From an uncultured Methanosarcinales archaeon (lineage in GTDB: Archaea; Nanobdellota; Nanobdellia; Woesearchaeales; UBA11576): a DNA stretch of 64,000 bases. Within the stretch, counting starts at the first letter, position 1. Each line of letters opens with the position of its first letter. The stretch lies in assembly GCA_964406185.1 (NCBI GenBank), contig CAYOQS010000002.1, positions 146,998-210,997 on the forward strand, written 5' to 3'. Under the pieces are notes generated by a model. The model saw only the letters and a list, made by a program, of their open reading frames with translations, was not told the DNA's origin and did no database searches. Both the position numbers and the translations under genes were made by a program. Below are positions 46,806-54,170 of the stretch, one piece after another.

Positions 46806-47978
46806 TTATGCTTGCTCGAACTCTTTCAATTGCTCTTCATAGCCTTCTTTTTCCAGGTCTTCTTTGGGTATGAACCGCAGCGATGCTGAGTTTATGCAGT
46901 ACCTGAGTCCTGTCGGTTCAGGCCCGTCATGGAACACGTGTCCGAGGTGTGAGTCCGCGTGCGCGCTCCTGACTTCTGTCCTTGTGCCGAAAAGTCCTGG
47001 GTCTTCTTTTTCAACTATGTTTGTGGGTTCGAGCGGTCTTGTGAAGCTCGGCCATCCTGTGCCTGACTTGAACTTGTCTTTTGAGCTGAACAGCACCTCT
47101 CCTGATACTATGTCCACGTATATGCCTTCTTCGTAGTTGTCCCAGTATTTGTTCTTGAACGGGGGCTCTGTGGCTTCGTTCTGTGTGACGTCGCACTGCA
47201 GCTTTGTGAGGTTCTTTTTGGCCTCTGCGTACTTGTCTTCCTGTGCTGCTGTCTCTTCTTCCTCTTCTTCTGTCAGGTCTGTCTCGTCGCCCCAGGTATT
47301 TTCTTTGAATGCTTTCCTTCCTGATCCGAGAGCGTAAAGCGCGTATCTGGCCTTGTGCTTCTCCCAGTAGTCCTGATGGTATTCTTCTGCCATGTAGAAC
47401 TCTTCTGCCTGTTTTATCTCTGTGGCTATTGGCTTGTCGAACTTGCCTGACATGTGCAGTTCTCTCTTGCTCTCTTCTGCGAGTCTTTTCTGCTTTTCAT
47501 CATGGTAGAATATCGCTGTCCTGTACTGCGGTCCCCTGTCTGCGAACTGCCCTTCTTCGTCGGTGGGGTCTATCTGCCTCCAGAATGTGTTGAGCAGGTC
47601 AGTATAGCTTATCTTTTCAGGGTCATACTTCATCTGTACCGCTTCGTAATGTCCTGTCGTGCCTGTGCTGACTTCTTTGTATGTAGGGTCTGGCTTGTCC
47701 CCTCCGGTGTAGCCTGACACCACGTCGGTGACGCCTTCGATGCCTTCAAACGCTTTTTCCATGCACCAGAAGCATCCTCCTGCGAACGTGGCTTTTTTCA
47801 TACCCTGATTGTCTTCTGGTCTTTCCATGGGTTCCGCCTCCTCTGGCATGGGCGCTTCCGCCATCGCGTCTTCCTGTGTGGTGATGCTGTCATGTCTGCT
47901 TTGCGTATCTGCCGCGCATCCTGAGAGCATAAGGATTGAAGCGATCATGATCAGGTGTAAGATTTTCACCGCTTTCAT
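46806..47978 (-). CDS. msrAB: bifunctional methionine sulfoxide reductase MsrA-MsrB, lipoprotein-type signal
   Basis: GGCFWCME (MsrA). [16 protein letters not shown] and GHVF (MsrB). N-terminal [11 protein letters not shown] lipobox. Confidence 0.9.
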   Translation of the reverse strand: MKAVKILHLIMIASILMLSGCAADTQSRHDSITTQEDAMAEAPMPEEAEPMERPEDNQGMKKATFAGGCFWCMEKAFEGIEGVTDVVSGYTGGDKPDPTYKEVSTGTTGHYEAVQMKYDPEKISYTDLLNTFWRQIDPTDEEGQFADRGPQYRTAIFYHDEKQKRLAEESKRELHMSGKFDKPIATEIKQAEEFYMAEEYHQDYWEKHKARYALYALGSGRKAFKENTWGDETDLTEEEEEETAAQEDKYAEAKKNLTKLQCDVTQNEATEPPFKNKYWDNYEEGIYVDIVSGEVLFSSKDKFKSGTGWPSFTRPLEPTNIVEKEDPGLFGTRTEVRSAHADSHLGHVFHDGPEPTGLRYCINSASLRFIPKEDLEKEGYEEQLKEFEQA

Positions 47979-48032
47979 CGTGTTGTGGACGTGACTGTTA
48001 TTTATAAACTTGTTCGTTTACCGACCCAAAAC

Positions 48033-48040
48033 TTAAATAT
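48033..48040 (+). promoter_or_regulatory. BRE/TATA (AAAAC TTAAATAT)
   Basis: 22 nt before the ATG at 48063. Confidence 0.5.
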
Positions 48041-48062
48041 TGATTGCTTATGATGTTTATGC

Positions 48063-48587
48063 ATGGTATGGTATAGCATATTCCTGGATTTTATATGGCA
48101 GATAGGCATTACTGTCTTCATAATGATTCTGGCTATAGTCCTTTACAAGGTGATGGGCCATGCCATAGCCAGGCACACTTTCAGGAGGAGTGTGGGCAAG
48201 CGTACTGAGGTCCTGACAAGGAAGGCGCTCGCGTGGATAACTGCTTTGGTCGCGGCTCTTATCATTGTGCTTCTTTGGGGCGGCAGTCTTGAGAACTTCT
48301 GGATATCTTTGACGAGCATCATCGCGGTGGTCGCTATAGGTTTTTTTGCTGTCTGGAGTATACTCAGCAATGTGGTGGCCGGCGTTATACTGCTGGTCTC
48401 CCGCCATATCAATGTCGAGGATCAGGTGGAGCTGATGCCTGATGGCGTGAAGGGAAGGATAAAGGACATAAGCCTTATGTTCGTGACGCTGGAGAGTGGG
48501 GGTGACAAGATACAGGTGCCTAACAATCTCATGCTTCAGCGCATGGTGAAGATAAAGATAAGGAGCAAGAAGGATTTCTTCCGCTGA
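48063..48587 (+). CDS. small MscS-type mechanosensitive channel
   Basis: Three TM helices, then the pore-helix/beta-domain pattern SNVVAGVILLVSRHINVEDQVEL...GRIKDISLMFVTLE. Confidence 0.7.
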   Translation: MVWYSIFLDFIWQIGITVFIMILAIVLYKVMGHAIARHTFRRSVGKRTEVLTRKALAWITALVAALIIVLLWGGSLENFWISLTSIIAVVAIGFFAVWSILSNVVAGVILLVSRHINVEDQVELMPDGVKGRIKDISLMFVTLESGGDKIQVPNNLMLQRMVKIKIRSKKDFFR

Positions 48588-48947
48588 ACTGTCAACAGCA
48601 TTTTTGTATTTGTTTAGCTGTTTCTACCTGCGCCGCCACTGTCCTCTTGCGTTTTGACGGGCTAGCGCAGCGTCAACTTAGGTGCGCGGCCCTCAATACA
48701 GTTACGTGGCGGCTGCCCTTTGAAACCATCATGCACAAAAACTTCGCCAGAAGTTTTTGGGTGGGGTTTCTTTCAGCATCAAAGATGCTGTAAGCCTTCA
48801 AGGAAACCTTGAAGTGACACCCCGCCCTTTAGGGCTGGGTAAGGTGCTTTCGGCCGATTTTTATGATGTCATTTTCTTCGCAGTGCCTGCTCCTCTAGCA
48901 CTGGCGTGGCGCCGCAGAGTAAGAAGCTAAACAAATGCTTTTTTTTC

Positions 48948-49568
48948 TTATTCTCTTTCTTGCTCTTTCTCGTAGAGCCCGTATATCTCTGTTCTCTCAA
49001 GCACGTGGTCTTCTATCTCTTTCTCAAGTTCTGCTTTTGTCGAGCTTACGGGTATGTCAAGCTTCTTGTCGAGCGCGTAGAGCTTGAAGAAGTACCTGTG
49101 CTTTCCTGACGGCGGGCACGGCCCTCCGTATTCGTGTTTCTTGAAGTCGTTCATGCCCTGTTCTGCCCCTTCAGGCACGCTGCCCTCTTCGAAATCTGCT
49201 TCAGGAGGTATGTTCCATACCACCCAGTGCACCCAGTTCCCGCCTGGCGCGTCCGGGTCGTCTACGATGAGCGCGAGGCTCTCGGTTCCTTCAGGCACGC
49301 CGGTCATGCTCAGCGGTGGGCTTGTGTCCTGGCCCTGGCATGTGTACTTTTTTGGTATGTCTTCTTTGTGCTTGAATGCTGTGCTTGTTATTTCCATTTT
49401 TTCCTCTTGTTCTGCTTCTTGTTCTTTTAATTGTGTGGGCGCTGCCTGTGCCTGCTCTGTCACGGGAGTCTCTGCCTGGCTTCCGGTGTTCATGTCTCCA
49501 TCGGTTGCGCAGCCTGCAAGCAGTATTATGGCGGTTAGTGCGAGAATTAAGATGCTCATCTCTTTCAT
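48948..49568 (-). CDS. YbhB/YbcL (PEBP) family protein, lipoprotein-type signal
   Basis: LIVDDPDAPGGNWVHWVVWNIP and GPCPPSGKHRYFFKLYAL. N-terminal ILLAGC. Confidence 0.8.
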   Translation of the reverse strand: MKEMSILILALTAIILLAGCATDGDMNTGSQAETPVTEQAQAAPTQLKEQEAEQEEKMEITSTAFKHKEDIPKKYTCQGQDTSPPLSMTGVPEGTESLALIVDDPDAPGGNWVHWVVWNIPPEADFEEGSVPEGAEQGMNDFKKHEYGGPCPPSGKHRYFFKLYALDKKLDIPVSSTKAELEKEIEDHVLERTEIYGLYEKEQERE

Positions 49569-49695
49569 GCACAGGATTATGGATTGCGTGTTTAATAAGG
49601 TTTTGTATATTCATAACCGCTATCATGGTTGTTTTCGAAATCCGTAAATTCCTTTTCCCAAACCTTTAAGAATGCTCCTGCCCTGAAAATATTGT

Positions 49696-50295
49696 ATGGG
49701 GTTGAGGGAGATCGTCATCACAGCGTGCGCGGCAGCGGCTCTTGCTCTGCCTGCGTGCCGTTACCAGAACATGAACGCGGTCAATGCAGATGGTTTGACC
49801 GCTCCGTTCTATGACCTCGAGTGCCATTTCGAGTCTTCTTCTGATGATGGTTTTGAGCAGGACGTCGCATTCTCTTTCACCCCTTACGGCTGTTCCTGCA
49901 ACCCCCGGATGAGTTACGCAGTAGGTACTGGGGAGGGGCAGGAATTGGAGCGAAGGTTCGAGCTTGACTTTGAGCTCAGCGCGGCAGGTGATACGCATGT
50001 TCATGCGACTTCTACATATATGGGCGGACCTCAGCAGATATTTATGTACGCCCGTTCCGACCCCGGGGCGACGATGCAGGAGTTGCCTATGCAGGGAGGT
50101 TCTGCCGAAGAGCAGGTCATACGAGAGAGGATGATCGAGATGTGGGATGGACTCTGGCCCATGTTCTACGATGAGACTATCTCGGGCGGGGGTCCTGTCA
50201 TGGATCGCATGTTCCGTGTATGTGTGGAGGATGGAATAAGCTCTCAGGCAGATGTTATTTCAGAAGAGGTTTTCTTCATAAGGGAAACATACTGA
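49696..50295 (+). CDS. hypothetical secreted/lipoprotein
   Basis: Signal-like ITACAAAALALPAC. No family recognised. Confidence 0.5.
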   Translation: MGLREIVITACAAAALALPACRYQNMNAVNADGLTAPFYDLECHFESSSDDGFEQDVAFSFTPYGCSCNPRMSYAVGTGEGQELERRFELDFELSAAGDTHVHATSTYMGGPQQIFMYARSDPGATMQELPMQGGSAEEQVIRERMIEMWDGLWPMFYDETISGGGPVMDRMFRVCVEDGISSQADVISEEVFFIRETY

Positions 50296-50311
50296 TCATA
50301 TCAATGTCGTA

Positions 50312-51037
50312 TCAGTAGTTGAACTTGAGTCCGTTCGACAGCATGCTCTGCTCGACAGGTCTTTCCTCTTTCTTCTGCGCGAAGCCGATCTTCTTGAGCT
50401 TCTGCGCTATCTCGCACAGGACCGTGGTGTGGTATGAGGGGTGCTCGAACATGTCTGTCTCTGCGTTTATCGCTAGCTTGTGGTGCGGATACTCATCAAA
50501 TAGTTTGTCGTAGTTGTCGTTGAGCTTCTGCAGGTATTCCATGTCTATCTGTTTCTCCTCATCCCTGCCTCTCTTGAGTATCCTTTTCTTGAGCACGTTG
50601 ACGTCGTTGACCTTGAGGTAGACGAGCAGTGTGGGCGGGCTGAAGCTGTTGCATATCTCCTTGTATGTCTTCTCATACACGAAGTATTCGAGCTCGTGCA
50701 TGTTTCCCATGGCGAAGTTGGTGTCTCCGAATACCTGCTTGTCCTCGAATATGGTCCTGTCCTCGACCGCGATGCCGGGGAATTCATTTATCCTCTTCAG
50801 CGTGCCCAGCCTGAGCGAGAAGTAGTACATCTGCGATGCGAAGGCCCATCTTTTCTTGTTCTTGTAGAACTCTCCGAGAAGCCGCTTGTCTATATTCTCC
50901 TGGAATGCCTTTATGCCTTCTCCGTTCCGCAGGAAGCTGAGCAGCAGTGCCCTGCTCGGCTCTTTGAGAGCCTGCTGGGTGAACTCAGTCTTTCCCACTC
51001 CTATGTTGCCTGCGAATGCTAGATGTATTTCAGCCAT
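50312..51037 (-). CDS. deoxynucleoside kinase family protein
   Basis: P-loop FAGNIGVGKTEF, ERTIFEDKQVF (ERS-type motif), Arg-rich lid KRILKRGRDEE. Confidence 0.75.
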   Translation of the reverse strand: MAEIHLAFAGNIGVGKTEFTQQALKEPSRALLLSFLRNGEGIKAFQENIDKRLLGEFYKNKKRWAFASQMYYFSLRLGTLKRINEFPGIAVEDRTIFEDKQVFGDTNFAMGNMHELEYFVYEKTYKEICNSFSPPTLLVYLKVNDVNVLKKRILKRGRDEEKQIDMEYLQKLNDNYDKLFDEYPHHKLAINAETDMFEHPSYHTTVLCEIAQKLKKIGFAQKKEERPVEQSMLSNGLKFNY

Positions 51038-51161
51038 CTTAACCCATCAGAATGGGCTTGAGAGGGCTTGTAGATTATATAAACTTTTTGTCGGTTTTTT
51101 CCAAATGTTTTAAATACTAGTGTGGGTTTAAAAAGGCCATTAACCAAAAAAGGTGATCTTG

Positions 51162-51728
51162 ATGAAGAGGCTTTTTATGTTCATTGTCATTCTTGTGTTC
51201 ATCTTCGCTCTGGGCTGCGCAGAAGAAGCTCCCGCTCCGAAAGAGATAGAGGCTCCTGAGCCAGCTCCCGCTCCTGAGATGAAGCAGGTCGAGGATGTGC
51301 CGGAGGAGGAAGATGTTGGTGAGCCGCCTGGAACCGAAGTCTCTGATCCTGAGTCGGAGTACAAGGTGGCTTCTGAAGAGGAGGACCCAACGCCTATGGG
51401 CTCCCGTGTCGAGGGCACAGAGCAGGATGCTGCAGAAGAAGAGGTCAGTGACGAGGATATCGAGGAGATAGGCCTCACTGCAGAGAAGATCATGACCTCC
51501 AGCAACATGACTGTCAGTGTGGGCACGACACTTGCCTGGAAGAACTATGATTCCTGGCCTCACCAGCTCGCTGTGGAGTCAGGCAGCGGATGGGATACTG
51601 TGCGCCATGCAGAGTCTGACAGGCTGCTTGAGGGCAATGTCTGGGAGTACACTTTCGAGGAGAAAGGCACTTTCCTTGTCCGCGACATATTCTCAGGCCC
51701 TATGAGGATGTATGTGACAGTGGAATGA
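51162..51728 (+). CDS. cupredoxin-fold lipoprotein with acidic linker
   Basis: Start at ATG 51162 after SD AAAGGTGAT. Lipobox FALGC. The C-terminal ~95 aa has a beta-sandwich pattern like plastocyanin-family proteins, but the Cu ligands are not obvious. Confidence 0.6.
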   Translation: MKRLFMFIVILVFIFALGCAEEAPAPKEIEAPEPAPAPEMKQVEDVPEEEDVGEPPGTEVSDPESEYKVASEEEDPTPMGSRVEGTEQDAAEEEVSDEDIEEIGLTAEKIMTSSNMTVSVGTTLAWKNYDSWPHQLAVESGSGWDTVRHAESDRLLEGNVWEYTFEEKGTFLVRDIFSGPMRMYVTVE

Positions 51729-51740
51729 GGCAGTAATCTT

Positions 51741-51748
51741 TTTATATT
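51741..51748 (+). promoter_or_regulatory. TATA box (TTTATATT) 25 nt before tRNA position +1
   Basis: Same spacing as at the leaderless mRNAs in this window. Confidence 0.45.
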
Positions 51749-51773
51749 CTCTCTTTTTCTTTTATTCTCAAAC

Positions 51774-51968
51774 GCCACCGTGGCACAATCCGGTACAGGT
51801 CATGACCAGTTGTCTGGTCGCCGATTGCGGCGGTCTCGAAACGCAAGCTGTGATCAAGAACTGAGCTGTTGCGATTCGCGTAAACCGCTTTCCTTCGGGA
51901 TATCCCGGTTCAAATATCAAAGCGGGGCTTTGATGCTCAAGCTTTGCTTGAAAGTCCGGGCGGTGGCG
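51774..51968 (+). tRNA. tRNA-Ser(CGA), class II, with three insertions (D loop 51796-51824; after position 37, 51841-51882; T loop 51916-51955)
   Basis: Acceptor GCCACCG/CGGTGGC plus G. D stem GCAC/TTGC. Anticodon stem GCGGT/ACCGC with loop CTCGAA..A. Variable arm TTTCCTTCGGGATAT. T arm CCCGG-TTCAAAT...CCGGG. 195 nt against about 87 mature. Confidence 0.8.
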
Positions 51969-51995
51969 TTGTTTTTTCCCTATGTTTATCTTCTC

Positions 51996-52454
51996 TCACC
52001 CAAATGTATAAGTGTCCATCTCCCAGTCTTTGAGTTTCATGTTTACTCTTATCTTCTCTGTCTTGTCCGGGTAGTATGGCCTGTCGCGCATGAATGTCAT
52101 CTCGACTATCCAGCACCCTTCACATCCTGACTTTGCTGCGTTGAGCACGTTGGTGCCTCTTCCTCTGTAGTCTTTGAACCCTGCCAGTGTCTCCAGCTCT
52201 TGTTTGGCGACTGCTATGGCTTTCTCTTTCTCTTCATCAAAGCTCATCTCCGGCTCTGGTTCGGGTTCCGGTTCTGGCTCCGGGGCTGTGTATTCCTGTT
52301 CCGGCTCTTCAAATTTTTCTTCGGTTTTCTCTTCTGCCTGGACCGGTCCTGTCTCTACAGGTTCGGAACTGAGTGTCCCTGGCTGCTGCATCACTCCACA
52401 GCCTGCTATAAGAATAGTTAAAACCACAAAAAACAAAAGGTATACATGTCTCAT
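51996..52454 (-). CDS. hypothetical lipoprotein with PE-repeat linker
   Basis: Lipobox LIAGC. (PE)n acidic linker. Small C-terminal domain. Confidence 0.55.
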   Translation of the reverse strand: MRHVYLLFFVVLTILIAGCGVMQQPGTLSSEPVETGPVQAEEKTEEKFEEPEQEYTAPEPEPEPEPEPEMSFDEEKEKAIAVAKQELETLAGFKDYRGRGTNVLNAAKSGCEGCWIVEMTFMRDRPYYPDKTEKIRVNMKLKDWEMDTYTFG

Positions 52455-52540
52455 CTTACCACCCCATAAGTGATACTGCTCAATAATGGCTTGTAGGATA
52501 TAAAGTTTGCTTCTTTCCCTATCTTTCAGTTAATAGAAAC

Positions 52541-52548
52541 TTTAAAAA
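52541..52548 (+). promoter_or_regulatory. BRE/TATA (GAAAC TTTAAAAA)
   Basis: 23 nt before the ATG at 52572. Confidence 0.5.
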
Positions 52549-52571
52549 GGCAGGTTCCGCTACAGGATTTC

Positions 52572-53306
52572 ATGGTCACTATAGCGCATATTTCCGACCT
52601 GCACTGCGGCAGCAGGGGATTCTATCCTAAGAAGCTTTCTGCTGCGATCAAGGAGATCAACAGGCTCAGGCCTGACGCGGTTGTAGTCACCGGAGACCTC
52701 ACGCATTCGGGTTTCAGGGACAACTACATTCTCGCGAAGAGATATCTTGACAGGATAAAGGCTGAGAAGCTTATAGTGCCGGGCAATCATGACGCAAGGC
52801 TGTGCGGCTATAAGTATTTCGATGAGTTCTTCGGGCATGGCAACAACAAGGTATCCCTGGATGGTGTGAAGATATTGGGTATTGACACGACCGTGCCTGA
52901 CCTTGATGAGGGTGATGTTGGCCGTGGCAAGCTGCGCTGGCTTGAGTCTGAGTTGAATAAGATGCCTGACGGCCATAAGATCATCGCGATGCACCACCAT
53001 CTGGTTTCCATACCTGATACGGGAAGGGAACGTTCCACTGTGGCTGACGCGGGTGATGTGCTGAAGACTCTTGTTAAGGGTGGTGTTGACCTGGTGCTGT
53101 GTGGGCACAAGCACACGCCTTACTCGTGGCTTGTCAATGACGTGGCGATAGTGAATGCGGGTTCTGTGTCGTGCAGGAAGCTGCGCGCGCATATCAACAA
53201 CAGTTATAACATGATCAAGATCAAGGACGGTTCTATCGAGGTCTTACTTAAGGAGATAGGCAAGAGGCCTGTGTCCATGGCGGTGTATGAGCACACGCCG
53301 GAATGA
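52572..53306 (+). CDS. calcineurin-like metallophosphoesterase
   Basis: ISDLHCG, GDLTH, GNHD, MHHH and GHKH motifs in canonical order. Confidence 0.8.
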   Translation: MVTIAHISDLHCGSRGFYPKKLSAAIKEINRLRPDAVVVTGDLTHSGFRDNYILAKRYLDRIKAEKLIVPGNHDARLCGYKYFDEFFGHGNNKVSLDGVKILGIDTTVPDLDEGDVGRGKLRWLESELNKMPDGHKIIAMHHHLVSIPDTGRERSTVADAGDVLKTLVKGGVDLVLCGHKHTPYSWLVNDVAIVNAGSVSCRKLRAHINNSYNMIKIKDGSIEVLLKEIGKRPVSMAVYEHTPE

Positions 53307-54015
53307 GTGGGTCGTGAAGATGGGTTCGGGCATGCCAATCAAGGATGCGAAGAAGCTTAAGCTTGACGTCACTTACAGGCGCGGCTTTGCTGTGAGCAAG
53401 AGTGTTTCTGTGGTCGTCAACTCTGCAAATGGCTTCCTTCTTCTTGGCACGAGCGGTGCAGGCGCTATCCGTGAGAGGTCGCAGCCTTTGACTCCTGCAG
53501 AGCGGCACGAGTATAAGCGTCTTCTCAACCGCCTTCCGCGGGATGTGAAGAATGATTACATCCGCGTGTACAGGGAGCGCGGCTGGAGGCCGACTTATGC
53601 CCAGCTTGGCTGCCTGCGCCTGCTGGTCGCGAAGCCGGGTAACCGGTTCAGGCGTGGTGATGCTGTGCTGCAGAAGGAATGGTCAAGGTCTGACGCGCGT
53701 CCGTTGATACATGCTGTGGGTATGTCTTACCGTCTTCGCATGCATGACTCTTCGCGTCTTCCTGCTACGGATGCGTCGATCCGAAATTCGGTAAGGAAGA
53801 GCCTGGCGATAGCGGACCGTCTCGGCGCGAGGAGCATAGCTCTTCCGGTCATGTGTGCCCGTCCGACTTACGGTCTTGGCCCTGAGACTTCATTCAGGAT
53901 AATCAGGAAAACGATAGATTCTTTCAGGGGCTCTTCATTGCGCCGTGCTGTGCTCTGCTTCGATAATAAGGTGACTTCAGATTTTCTTGCGCGTCTTTCT
54001 GATGGTAAGAAGTGA
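53287..54015 (+). CDS. macro-domain-like protein (tentative)
   Basis: VVNSANGFLLLGTSGAGAIRE resembles the macro-domain NAAN...GGG motif. The start may be ATG 53320. Confidence 0.5.
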   Translation: MSTRRNEWVVKMGSGMPIKDAKKLKLDVTYRRGFAVSKSVSVVVNSANGFLLLGTSGAGAIRERSQPLTPAERHEYKRLLNRLPRDVKNDYIRVYRERGWRPTYAQLGCLRLLVAKPGNRFRRGDAVLQKEWSRSDARPLIHAVGMSYRLRMHDSSRLPATDASIRNSVRKSLAIADRLGARSIALPVMCARPTYGLGPETSFRIIRKTIDSFRGSSLRRAVLCFDNKVTSDFLARLSDGKK

Positions 54016-54140
54016 TAGTTTGGCAGAGGGTTCTGATTGTTGATTTTTATACCCTTCAGCTTGCTGCGGGAAAAAAAATTCTCCACTTCTTAGTGGTCTG
54101 ATGCTTCTGGGCGGTATATCGTAATATGATGCCAAACATT

Positions 54141-54148
54141 TTTAAATA
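54141..54148 (+). promoter_or_regulatory. BRE/TATA (CCAAACA TTTTTAAATA)
   Basis: 22 nt before the ATG at 54171. Confidence 0.5.
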
Positions 54149-54170
54149 TTGTATAGCTGTATGATCTAAA

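Noticed and set aside
48632-48713. An 82-nt segment with a perfect 7-bp end pairing (GCCGCCA/TGGCGGC), considered as a tRNA on either strand.
   Set aside because: No T-loop (GTTCRANY), D-arm or anticodon arm could be placed.
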